A DNA stretch of 64,000 bases, from IMG/VR virus record IMGVR_UViG_3300009705_003007, positions 15,432 through 79,431 of that record; one strand, 5' to 3'. The DNA comes from a virus. Positions 21,601 to 28,374 of the stretch are shown here, piece by piece; the stretch's first letter is position 1, and every line of letters begins with the position of its first letter. The position numbers and the translations under genes were made by a program. The notes below the pieces were generated by a model, which saw nothing but the letters and a program-made list of their open reading frames with translations, did no database searches and was not told the origin of the DNA.

Positions 21601-23752
21601 AACAGCAGACCATCTATGGATTCCTCAGTTCATATATACAAAAGTTACAACAAAATACGATCATGATTTAGCTGATGCTGAAAAGCTTGTAATTAGTGGA
21701 AGCGTAGCCTATCCAGCAACCTGTAAAGGTGTAAGATTGGGCTATTGTTCAGGAAAGAAAGGTGCGTCTATAAATGATTGTATAAGGGGCGAATGTGTTG
21801 ATACCCATATGATAAATTCTCCATATGTTCATATAGATGGAGACATAACTAAAGGTATTATAGATAATAAGACAGATTGTGATGCCGCCAGCGCACAAAA
21901 ACAAAATGATGCTTTTTTGAATGGCTTTGATGCGCCGTCTTTGGCATTTAAGACTAACGGTCAATGGGTTCAAGTGTTTAAAGAGACGACGAGTTCAGAC
22001 GGTCGTGAACCTGAAATAGGAGATGCGGATAAGCACATTTGTGAAGTAGTGTTTAATGGTGAATGGGTAGTTGGGACGACAAACAACGAGAAAGACAAAA
22101 AGGGCTTTTATAAGGACGAAAACAATGATTTTCCTATTAAGTTAACCCTTGGGCATGAAGGCTTTGTTGAAGGCTGTCCTGTTGGTTGTAGGTTAAACGG
22201 ATTCTATTTATCAGATCCATGCACACCGCCAAGTGACAGCAGTCCAGAAGGACAATGTTTCGAATGCGTGGAAACTGTTGTTATTGTAGATGAACAAGAA
22301 ATAAGAGAGATGAAATGTCCTCTTGGCCCAGTTGATGGAAATTACGTCGCTAGAAAACGAGGCTGTCAACACGCTGAATATGAAAACGAAAAAGACTGTG
22401 AAGAAAAGGGTTGGGCTTGGTTCGGTAAAATTACAGCTAAAAACGAATTTGCTATTCATCAAGAAATGGAATTAACAATTCATGATGCAAGTCAATTAAG
22501 ATCAAACCTAGATGCCTATAAACCACTACCAGTAAATATTGACTCCGGTCTTTATGGTACGGACTGGGAATATGATTTATCGAATACTCCTAAAAGAATA
22601 AGCACAGACGCCGCTGTAGGCACGTCTGAACCATTGAGTAGTTTAAGTCACGATCAATGCAAAGCAACAAGAGGGGCAGAGTGGACGATAACCAACAACA
22701 CCACAACACCTCCGGAAGGTCGATGTGTAGATCTTTCAAGACTGGACGCTGAATTCCCAGCCTTGTTTGGTGACGATCCCGAAAGTGCAGAAACAGAAGA
22801 ACAACAAGCAATTTATGATCTTTGTAACAAAAGTGACAATTGTCAATTCATAAGGAAATATAAACAATGTTTAGGTAATCACTGGTCTGATATAGGGACG
22901 TGTTGGCAAGTTAAAACAGACGATAGCGAAGGACGAATCATTACAGATGAAGAAACCACGCATAGAGAGTGTGATGCTTTAAATGGTGTGTTTGTTGGAA
23001 AACCAATATCATCCATAGAAACTGTCGATGAATGTGCTGAGTATTCTTTACAAAGCTCAAGGTGTAGCATAAGCGGTGATAATGAAATCTACTCAAGCGA
23101 AGGAAGTTGCCTATTCGCGGGTGGTGATTGGATAGAAGCAAGAGACGCAAGTGGAGAAGCAGTTTATGAATTTGAATGTATAGACGCTTCTATTCCGGGA
23201 TCATACTCCACGCCTAAAGAATGTACTGTAATTGGACTTGGAAAAGTTTCCTATAAAGGTACACCAAGCAGTATTTCTCTGGACGAACGCAAGATGAACG
23301 TCGTCACAATGATGAAAAAGTTATCAAATCTATCTTCTCCAGAAGCTATTGCTATGGGTCATGATGTTGGCATTGGTCTTTCTCCAAGAAACCATAAAGG
23401 TGTTATATACGCAGCACAGGTAGACGTTTCTGTAGCAGAGAATAAAGGTTATGACAAGTACGCAGATCCAAACTGGAGAGCAGTATGGAGTAGACACGGT
23501 GGGGCATTTGATATTCTAATAGGGTATCCCCCACCGGAAAATAATTGTAGACAAGGAAATAGTGACAAACCTACAAACATGGACTTCTACCTACAATTTG
23601 ATCAGATATGCTGTAACGACAAAGGGGCGTTAAACTTCCATAAATGTGAAGACAAGTGCTGGCATCATTACTATGGGCCAGTCTTAAACGATATGGAATT
23701 CCAACATGGAATACCCGGAGATTCAATACTTCACGTAAATGTTCACGAATAA
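12680..23752 (+). CDS. Giant Cys-rich putative virion fibre/surface protein, 3690 aa
   Basis: Uninterrupted 11-kb ORF with about 180 Cys by hand count (~5%). Dozens of C...C...W modules and two split FCCH-like beta domains. No signal peptide or TM segment seen. Confidence 0.6.
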   Translation: MAIGDPWDTSYNPRYNYPLKNQHTGKPAWMPDASDEVPQDNPLALKDRRKGRFCTEGCGCIDTYCSNLAGARCTLPPELAITIMRTPDGRYQARNGIENGEGETYHLKYSNGSWRGSRCCSHNADGSLNYACDPCKVSTLPNGKPSECHHANNKYKELDSNKQVGDNFTPRGKYHYDAAMHGEAWPRRGVDTWLVPDGYNETLPTDGTEMLKSSERVGRYSGCFNIDGSLQEVDAAVTDDASCKDLHGPKAYWNEFIPSWTNNDVKDRQSVEDLIGTELQQTQFSKNSTSARLNIKAVEKRIRIDKENYLVGYSIQNGSDEDVAENIADPRIAYSTVDSREGGCIEDGAAPIKKRPWCRNAGTGTRIRQQCTDTQHKNKIDCEDAVIPGTSETTTSEIWLYDDKSECQGSGFCYPPEETGGTGVADLSVEALKPHCVTKAYCEGTSDNCSQSVVDPDTGIGRTCDTKDDCEAPVYGNTGCGGSWLNNPVLNKADCIDLGEKWVGEQEYTQGYCIDEIGQRVPLDVPAGMTEQECRDSDKETWVDPSKSKKGCEEVFPEDAPNGTEWSLGSENSCESHNKGKDALCRDSDGNVIDGSCSLSSDENKTQEDCVELSCYETSSGAKVSKSEGECLGPIYSWKKGVWTPFSKKSVCEAADGTWYSNVWMPNDWVDWEYEKRSCCGGTILDEAHPFHTPQISGGARNTRKNTVCFTPYSEVILHTDAISGFIGDSRGEGCTSIGNQFDRQLFFPDIESYWTVIIRPCNFWGSCTEEGKTRPDPSELTGQPDNYFDTTCGEEVVLYLPVDQMLNCSNFNLTLQSEEQLRSGWKESEPMWDERMGSFEYGNPATNIAAKVGMSSAVTGAGNISGGFPGTPFGTQYPAWCMNPDANFDGIADGQAFQGSASGRNFCDQYVYYSSGAEKNRLANAKGAEVLHGFNIQPQPFKATEEKQNRAKSFEQALNDKAYWQKCVGHIMGDYGGGGHWFWNYGVDYFMYYDFVAWGEVYPTMKAGGHCADIAQKVWDYVETHDGFLRRGDCGYGNGALWVGWVEDDGVDNDFMCPKCLTINDEGQCNSATTCMLPDGTSEQGDCASGQGQCMDIGGDAVEGITEEGDCNGEGQNWRDGVTEDCCEWFKFCSFDICTNFDDVQESQGLVDCVWRKADTKEECERKMSNTGAGGIWQDGCVPTEARLLLDECSPVHDIPEELINIVLGEKVGECTCFNEAGDDLSANLPENECQELVNSGVCDGSIPPAFNPDMVGGQGSTYPVRENNVVKLRVDGPLTTELTDLSEIEDGFLKSKCWLNDEVFTVSFGEIDKALCLAMNNNPLTPGVFRWGPDYYTTEFGLKRRSPLSGGEGVGNAMTYWHHTGLFPKGEMASYVNDHCMGTMQHRRIQYASNERPIKITSRNHLLKDGDLVSTWDVQGNFGANVMTNRDWQETQWEDKIYSPCVGETCDEVMWPNSVCAESTICLDEQGNEIKGAGRESCTGGECEATRKDGSKCNSQNACEAEAEECIPLQSDGTCKEGFVKDKDYKFDNATQSQPTCDEKKFSCCYNKEDGAGMCLNTLWENPDSLMGCGSKWDGKQGNTFKTYCDTDKYYACNGAPILGEDPPPMDSFVAKNVTLDTFDLFTCDKHPVDGRIKNKTNLDTEECEDESKQVCVTNAGMPYETIVAEPEWSVKLSPFEDEKYFGLVGHEAFEKQEWCAAGDQLRPEHTSNAACTHAGFTWTNNYSLETGSCDIDSNNNIKYNDCIELACYIEDRRTRKSETECVGSDVNGVALLWKKGNWSGGVDADVRCITFGKCLIVDNAIGVSEGMMTRDECTLLGKTFRTLHTNKPYTDGTQQYLHQCYDGSANADNHEDIIRKAMDVDELEKVCLAKHSKCIDYDGNDLGIGNESNCLSMGGTWQTGKVQTQYNECVKTIEGELGVLDYSFGDPFKNCFIENAWKSEMMLDDTSSMVSSFGVPSVGVWKTCPFTGQWDYWGNANDDVGVEAGYVSHLNADELDSKFKLGWGGPGYKWEERANDYYVQIEQKGICPVCCDHFMPRSLIATISDQPTEILNHIQCRMDPCDAPTANDSFGINDVGSANHDGYCCADAHHPCVLGDDVPNCESEFIPLPNGSLKPVTFGQCYKDGELLVSFRRDDCVRKRGGTFVPVTAPEMCDPFIRTRLSNAGTTNCRKCSEVYSSRHKVKTYAETGNVKSRERGLLSYSGSNCCEDGTLCERTTNAQDKNLLDEDYPYPTCEQVRFLCPPCTVEGQTCNKGQVSALCKVTLDPYGNEVGIDWQFEPCICFPNNVSYEYEPEFVVTGDAGNSAAGSCDFNGVKNSAGDMGVDNAGGCYDVNGNIVVGKERKNGALESDCASNEKWKSGSGGCMPMHIEAYADESCYDLGNSIESYDSTCPGFDAIDVPMEYDGVVWRSEWELMNEVGLKTCEFGMHRFHWPVNCRATGPSGSDYTAPSEIVAVGGDCDGCDMPQMGLHGILVDGRKSWLTHRNAKLPNATNDGHFIRLVMGCGNSIPSIDAYRSGDIVDGGFGPILGATYRDNGIKIWSEITNCTFTDAMGSDGLRIDRVDTGVSGSPPIFPLKPCISKNQLVKAMHGKLPTPGDPTETERVYTFAGRCIRKKDCGPKGPCHGTDCCTYKGRDKRYFSAPLWSGGIACSTGGDLAHRCQATGFDPLPSKPAEQFTVHYIKDVNPVTGEGTLVVPAYAPTFGGRRCHYENGTPVGIGVAELQDAELDTFGDFSRNNKSRNPYLPAGGTVITGSKTSSTKSSVTTYKRHDGIPSGDAIPDEHGDKGRGNGQFMEIKVANVAPLITKNPRKNRHLRIYDRSRGSAASGFHNATTLSGMNMLQRYDLPQPYGLNPWPVDHQTHSTSYSPWPKGGPHSPNALLGGIPTESLRKDPALSLNQPGRVGPMPTMDNLNRMFRYNEVNMGDGATTPIPEIFPFEPVQIDGFDNVYSDSLGACTNSYYKTKGACKTADHLWIPQFIYTKVTTKYDHDLADAEKLVISGSVAYPATCKGVRLGYCSGKKGASINDCIRGECVDTHMINSPYVHIDGDITKGIIDNKTDCDAASAQKQNDAFLNGFDAPSLAFKTNGQWVQVFKETTSSDGREPEIGDADKHICEVVFNGEWVVGTTNNEKDKKGFYKDENNDFPIKLTLGHEGFVEGCPVGCRLNGFYLSDPCTPPSDSSPEGQCFECVETVVIVDEQEIREMKCPLGPVDGNYVARKRGCQHAEYENEKDCEEKGWAWFGKITAKNEFAIHQEMELTIHDASQLRSNLDAYKPLPVNIDSGLYGTDWEYDLSNTPKRISTDAAVGTSEPLSSLSHDQCKATRGAEWTITNNTTTPPEGRCVDLSRLDAEFPALFGDDPESAETEEQQAIYDLCNKSDNCQFIRKYKQCLGNHWSDIGTCWQVKTDDSEGRIITDEETTHRECDALNGVFVGKPISSIETVDECAEYSLQSSRCSISGDNEIYSSEGSCLFAGGDWIEARDASGEAVYEFECIDASIPGSYSTPKECTVIGLGKVSYKGTPSSISLDERKMNVVTMMKKLSNLSSPEAIAMGHDVGIGLSPRNHKGVIYAAQVDVSVAENKGYDKYADPNWRAVWSRHGGAFDILIGYPPPENNCRQGNSDKPTNMDFYLQFDQICCNDKGALNFHKCEDKCWHHYYGPVLNDMEFQHGIPGDSILHVNVHE

Positions 23753-23762
23753 GAGGAATATA

Positions 23763-24389
23763 ATGAAGGGTTTTTTTAATAACGAAGAAGAAGACGTTAA
23801 TGCTTTAGAGAAGAAGCATATAAAGAGGAATAAGCCTCAAGTCTTCGATAATATAATAAGTGGTGGTAAAAAGGTTAAGGATTATATCGAACCAGAGAGA
23901 CAAAGAGAAACGCCCTGTCAATGTCAAATGACAGAAGATACAGGAAGTATATTTTGCGATAGACATCAATGCATAAAAAGCAAGTCCTTGCATCATCTAT
24001 GTAAAAACAGAATGGCTTATTTTGAAATGTGGGAAGAAGGCAAAGGGCCAATGCAAGACCCGTTAAGTCAAACGATGGTGTCAAGAGGTCACAGAGGAAC
24101 AGAAAATAAGGAAGAACAGAAAACTAAACAACAAATAGGATTTTTTAAAGTGGAAGAAGATAATGGATTCTTTATGGGCGATTTAGACATACCGTCTGAA
24201 TCAAGAGGTTTAGGAGACACTTTAGCAAAAATAACCAAGGTTACAGGAATTAAGAAGGCTGTAGACACAGTGTTTAGCGCCATAAAGAAGGATTGCGGAT
24301 GCAAGGAAAGACAAAGTAAGTTAAACAAAGTCTTTCCCTACAAAAGGGATGAAGCCAAGCAACATAAAACAAAAGGCTTTTTCCAATAA
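23763..24389 (+). CDS. Conserved phage hypothetical protein with Cys/His cluster and GLGD...CGC..RQ..LN motif
   Basis: GAGG RBS precedes the ATG at 23763. Motifs CQC...CDRHQC...HHLC and RGLGDTLAKITKVTGIK...CGCKERQSKLN. Confidence 0.6.
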   Translation: MKGFFNNEEEDVNALEKKHIKRNKPQVFDNIISGGKKVKDYIEPERQRETPCQCQMTEDTGSIFCDRHQCIKSKSLHHLCKNRMAYFEMWEEGKGPMQDPLSQTMVSRGHRGTENKEEQKTKQQIGFFKVEEDNGFFMGDLDIPSESRGLGDTLAKITKVTGIKKAVDTVFSAIKKDCGCKERQSKLNKVFPYKRDEAKQHKTKGFFQ

Positions 24390-24391
24390 TG

Positions 24392-24401
24392 GTGTATAAT
24401 A
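24392..24401 (+). promoter_or_regulatory. Candidate promoter motif GTGTATAATA
   Basis: Intergenic, with a TATAAT core and an AAGGAG RBS downstream. The identical 10-mer is on the - strand at 58848-58857. Confidence 0.5.
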
Positions 24402-24433
24402 CTATAGAATATAAGCTCTAAGGAGATTAAAAC

Positions 24434-25144
24434 ATGGCATCCATAAGTTTCTTTGCTGGAAGCACTTCCATAAATAACCTTTCAGGCTCTGGTCTGGGGT
24501 TTTTTGGCGGTTCTTTTGGGCAATCAGTTCAATTAAATAACTGGCAAGACACAACGTTTATTACCGACGGTAACGGCACCAGCAATGGTGGCGCTGGTAA
24601 TAATATGAAATATTCTACCGACACAAAGTCTTTTGCTGCGGGTGTTGTACCTGCCACTGGACTTCTGTTTATCCCTAACTCAAAAGCTACGTTAAATGTT
24701 AGATTTAGCAACGATAGTGCTGTAAGAACACAGAATACGAAGTTAAGAGTTTTTGACAGAAACAACAAGAATTTCCCCGCAAGTGGTGTTATCACTAGGG
24801 TTGTAGAAATGCTACATCCTTCAGTGTCATACTCTGTAGAAGGATCTGGCGATTCAACTTGGTGGGGAAGCGCGTCACATACTGGATCAGACGCACAGGG
24901 AACGTTTATCGGGTCTAAAAACCCAACTGCTAGATTGCCAGCCGGTACAAACACGGTTGGCGGTAGTGGAATTTACGTTCCTTTGGCTCAGTCTCCGGGG
25001 CCAAGCGGTTTTTACGCTGGCAACGGGTCTGCTAATACAGGCCAATACTATCAGCATGATTGGTATGTCGGAATATCGGCATCACCAGATAGCATTGGAA
25101 GCAAGACCCAGTATGGGTTATACGTAGAGTTAGAATATTTATAA
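24434..25144 (+). CDS. Putative virion structural protein, Gly/Ser-rich, 236 aa
   Basis: Strong RBS (AAGGAG), its own candidate promoter and a downstream terminator. Beta-rich composition. Function inferred. Confidence 0.5.
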   Translation: MASISFFAGSTSINNLSGSGLGFFGGSFGQSVQLNNWQDTTFITDGNGTSNGGAGNNMKYSTDTKSFAAGVVPATGLLFIPNSKATLNVRFSNDSAVRTQNTKLRVFDRNNKNFPASGVITRVVEMLHPSVSYSVEGSGDSTWWGSASHTGSDAQGTFIGSKNPTARLPAGTNTVGGSGIYVPLAQSPGPSGFYAGNGSANTGQYYQHDWYVGISASPDSIGSKTQYGLYVELEYL

Positions 25145-25161
25145 TACTTTATATCTCTACC

Positions 25162-25199
25162 ACCCCGTCAGTTTGTCACCGAACTGTCGGGGTTTTTTT
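25162..25199 (+). terminator. Rho-independent terminator at the convergence of the two arms
   Basis: Stem ACCCCGTCAGTT / AACTGTCGGGGT (one mismatch) followed by a T run. Overlaps the 3' end of the opposing ORF. Confidence 0.75.
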
Positions 25200-25826
25200 G
25201 TTCCACATTAGAGCGCACCCGCAATAGACATCCCATTCCTTGGAGAAGTCGTAGACGTTATATTTTTCCTCAGCTACAATCTCTTCATAAATTTTTACGG
25301 AGTCGTGACCGCCACCATCGTCTTCCGTGTCATCAAAAAGAATGTATTGAGGTTCCGTTAAAAGATTTCTTGAGATAGCGAAGTCTTTCATAACAGACTC
25401 TCTTTGGTGGTCGCCGTCTAGAAAGCAAAAATCAAACTGGTTCTCGGAAAGATTTCTTATTGACTCCCTGATTAACTCAGTGTTTTTTACAACTGAGTCT
25501 ACATTATGATCAAGCAGTTCTTCGTTGTTGACATAGTGCCAATCCGATGAATTGTTTACATGAGGGTGAACAATTAGCTGTTTAACATTCTTTGATTCAA
25601 CGTCTTTATACTTGTGTATATCAACAGTGACAACAATGCCATCAGGTTGGTATTCATCGAAATATTTTTGAAAAACTTCGGTTGATTGACCGATATGAGT
25701 TCCTATTTCCAAGCAGTACTTTGGCTTTAGATGCACCAAAGAGGAAAATAAGGCTTTTCTAAATTGACGATTTTCATTTTTAAATAGACTAGCTTGTTCA
25801 GCTTGAATCTTAATTATGTCAACCAT
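25176..25826 (-). CDS. Class I SAM-dependent methyltransferase (Methyltransf_24-like)
   Basis: LEIGTHIGQST motif I and DFCFLDGDH motif. Confidence 0.8.
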   Translation of the reverse strand: MVDIIKIQAEQASLFKNENRQFRKALFSSLVHLKPKYCLEIGTHIGQSTEVFQKYFDEYQPDGIVVTVDIHKYKDVESKNVKQLIVHPHVNNSSDWHYVNNEELLDHNVDSVVKNTELIRESIRNLSENQFDFCFLDGDHQRESVMKDFAISRNLLTEPQYILFDDTEDDGGGHDSVKIYEEIVAEEKYNVYDFSKEWDVYCGCALMWNKKTPTVR

Positions 25827-26155
25827 TATTCTTCTTTTTGTGTATCAGGATTCCATTTAACCCAGCCGCCATCGGGAAGCCAGCCACCTTCTTTGTCCTT
25901 ACGTTTGGGAAAGAGTCTTCCACCCTTTTTCATAACGCCAAAGGCAAGCTTGGAATTACATCCAGTACACCTTGCCTCATGATATAGATTGTCATCTACG
26001 TTTCGCACTTGAAAGCGAACATCTTCGCTGCCGCATTTTCCGCATATGTTCTCTGCGAAAATTTCTTGAAAATTGGCCAACCGTTGAAAAACTTCAACCT
26101 GTGTGTCGCCTTCAATTTCTACGGTAGTTCTTCCAGAAGTATAAGTAACTTTCAT
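25826..26155 (-). CDS. Zn-ribbon hypothetical protein
   Basis: CGKC...CTGC pairs; overlaps both neighbours. Confidence 0.65.
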   Translation of the reverse strand: MKVTYTSGRTTVEIEGDTQVEVFQRLANFQEIFAENICGKCGSEDVRFQVRNVDDNLYHEARCTGCNSKLAFGVMKKGGRLFPKRKDKEGGWLPDGGWVKWNPDTQKEE

Positions 26156-27111
26156 TATGATCTCCAGTCTATTTTGTAGCCTTTAATTTTGTTGGGAATT
26201 TCGCCACCATTTTGATAATTATTTAGAACTTTAATCATCTTCTTGGCGCTGTCTTTATTAACATTATTGATGTTTGGGTAATCGCCCTCGCCTATATTAA
26301 TAAAAGCGATAACATCTATGTCTAATTGGTTGCATCTATTGTCTATAAAATGAACCTGTTGACTGCTAATTTTTTTGCTTGATTCATATTCGCCAGACGT
26401 AGGCTCTTGTTTAACGGCCTTTTGAACAATACCAACGATATCTTTCTTAGCAAGCTCTTCTGCTGCAAGACATCTAAGCTTTAAAGCCTTTCTTAAGGCT
26501 CTGCCTTCTGCCCTAGTTGACGCTGTAGCAACGGGATGTGCGCAAAACAGATCATCAGTATTGCCATGCCAAACATCCGCTACTTCTTTAAAGGTTCTGA
26601 AATTGCCTTCATTCATCCAATCAAAGACAACTTTAAATAATACAGTTGCTCTTCCGGGGCCGTTATTGTCTGTTGCTGGAAAAACCTGTTCTGGCCCAGA
26701 CTCAATAATGTCACCAAGTAATAACTCAGCAACTCTACGTAACCCAGCACATATAGGATTTCCATCAATCATTTCATTAGATTTGAAATGAGCCATCACA
26801 TACCCAGTCCAGTCATCGCTAAACATAGATGGTCGTTCTTCTTCGTTAGCAAGGTTTTCTTCTTTAATAACAACCTCTTTTTTAACGGCGACCTCTTCTT
26901 CTTCTTGTTGCTGTTGCTGTTCTGGTTGTTCAAACACCTCTTCAAATAAATCCATAACGCTGGTGTCCTGCATCGTCACAAAATCTTCATCCTTAGCCAT
27001 AATAGCCTCCACTAAATCAACTAAATTTTTTTTCTTTGCACCATTTGGAATGGCGCAATTATGTTCTTCCAAAATTTGCTTAAGCTCTTTTATTGTTTTG
27101 TCGTTATACAC
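26155..27111 (-). CDS. Putative single-strand annealing protein (Rad52/ERF-like) with N-terminal HeH/SAP-like domain
   Basis: ATASTRAEGRALRKAL motif typical of Rad52/ERF-type SSAPs. N-terminal KTIKELKQILEEH...KKKNLVDLV followed by an acidic linker. Confidence 0.55.
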   Translation of the reverse strand: MYNDKTIKELKQILEEHNCAIPNGAKKKNLVDLVEAIMAKDEDFVTMQDTSVMDLFEEVFEQPEQQQQQEEEEVAVKKEVVIKEENLANEEERPSMFSDDWTGYVMAHFKSNEMIDGNPICAGLRRVAELLLGDIIESGPEQVFPATDNNGPGRATVLFKVVFDWMNEGNFRTFKEVADVWHGNTDDLFCAHPVATASTRAEGRALRKALKLRCLAAEELAKKDIVGIVQKAVKQEPTSGEYESSKKISSQQVHFIDNRCNQLDIDVIAFINIGEGDYPNINNVNKDSAKKMIKVLNNYQNGGEIPNKIKGYKIDWRS

Positions 27112-27899
27112 TATGCTTCAATTTCAATAAGTCGTTTTGTGATAGGTGGAAAATCTTTGTCGATTTTCTCTAATTGTTCGATGATTGCGCTGAGCGTGTC
27201 TCTCATGTTTTTCTGAGAAAGGTTACGGACAATATTCTTAACACGAAGTATAACAAATCCGCGATTTATAAGCAACCCTGCTTTTTGCGCATCTGAGCGA
27301 ATATGTCTATCTAAGCTTTGTTGACCCCAAATTGGTAAAAAGTGAGCTGGCCCGTCGATTTCAATAGCTGTTTTTAAGGAAGGGATGAATAAATCAACTT
27401 CCAGTTTGTCGTTTGAAACCAAACCTCTCTTATGAAAGATAACCCCGTACCCAGCCTTTGTCAACCCTTCATTTATAAATTTCTCAATCTTAGATCCTTC
27501 TTTACTTGCTCTACGAACAGCTTCAGCCGCTAATTTGCGAAGATTGGCCTTCTCTTCCTCGGACATTTCTTCCCATTGTTTTCTTGATAACTCTGAACGC
27601 CTTTCTCGTTCGTCTTCTTCCATGTTGTCCCAATACGTAGCCATGCCATTGCTAATTGCAACCTTTTCGGCTTCCGTTCGTTTCTTCCCCTTTGTAGGAT
27701 GTTCATGCCTACCGCTTTTAATAGCAACCGTTTGTGCCACGCTTTTGTCTCTAAGAGGAACCCCAAGAGTGTTTAAAGTTCTACGAATTTTATTAGGATA
27801 GGTTTTAAGCTCCTGAGCTATTTCATAGGTACTCTTCTGTTCTTCGGTGTATTGTTCTATAATGTATTCTTTATACTTGTTGATAAAAGCACTACTCAT
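27111..27899 (-). CDS. Putative homing endonuclease, NUMOD3-like plus Vsr/EDxHD nuclease domain
   Basis: N-terminal HTH-like segment; KGKKRTEAEKVAIS (NUMOD3-like); EVDLF...AIEIDGPAH...D..K. Confidence 0.65.
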   Translation of the reverse strand: MSSAFINKYKEYIIEQYTEEQKSTYEIAQELKTYPNKIRRTLNTLGVPLRDKSVAQTVAIKSGRHEHPTKGKKRTEAEKVAISNGMATYWDNMEEDERERRSELSRKQWEEMSEEEKANLRKLAAEAVRRASKEGSKIEKFINEGLTKAGYGVIFHKRGLVSNDKLEVDLFIPSLKTAIEIDGPAHFLPIWGQQSLDRHIRSDAQKAGLLINRGFVILRVKNIVRNLSQKNMRDTLSAIIEQLEKIDKDFPPITKRLIEIEA

Positions 27900-28374
27900 T
27901 GATAATCCTCACTAATTTTTCTATGTTAAAATCGTTTACTACATCGGTAACTTTTCTATTGCAATAGTTTTCTATTGCTTTAGAATGGTCTTCACTTCTT
28001 GCTATAAGTTTCATGTTTGGATCTGAAAAAGCCTGAATGGTCGTTTCATAAGGGGCGACAGATTTTACTCTTTCTCTAGTCCACTCAAGATCCCAAACGT
28101 AAAAAAACTTTTTCTTAGTCGCGAAGCATTTACTAAGTGATTTCGCCGTAGCAACACTTGTTGCAATTAACGCACCACTAAAACTCCACACTTCATTAAT
28201 AGACATTAAAGCAAAGTTGGGATTTAATACGCTCGCTGAAGAATTTTCAAAGAACACTGTAAAATCACAGCTTTCGTCTTCCAAGTAAGTGTTTATGTTT
28301 TTTATAAGGTTAAATGATAACTGACTAGAAGACGTTTCTTCTATCAAGAATCCTATTTGGTTATTTCTTTGCAT
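27892..28374 (-). CDS. Glycosyltransferase-like (GT-B N-terminal lobe-like) hypothetical protein
   Basis: LIATSVATA...KKFFYVWDLEW pattern and cluster context. Start chosen at MQRNN. Confidence 0.45.
   Translation of the reverse strand: MQRNNQIGFLIEETSSSQLSFNLIKNINTYLEDESCDFTVFFENSSASVLNPNFALMSINEVWSFSGALIATSVATAKSLSKCFATKKKFFYVWDLEWTRERVKSVAPYETTIQAFSDPNMKLIARSEDHSKAIENYCNRKVTDVVNDFNIEKLVRIINE

Noticed and set aside
4775-23752. Diversity-generating retroelement or tandem DNA repeats behind the Cys modules
   Set aside because: No reverse transcriptase or near-identical TR/VR pair is seen. The modules are highly diverged at the DNA level.
12680-23752. Eukaryotic origin (EGF-like or VSP-like surface protein)
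   Set aside because: No introns or signal peptide. The gene has prokaryotic start/stop overlaps and an RBS on the next gene, and the Cys spacing is not EGF-like.
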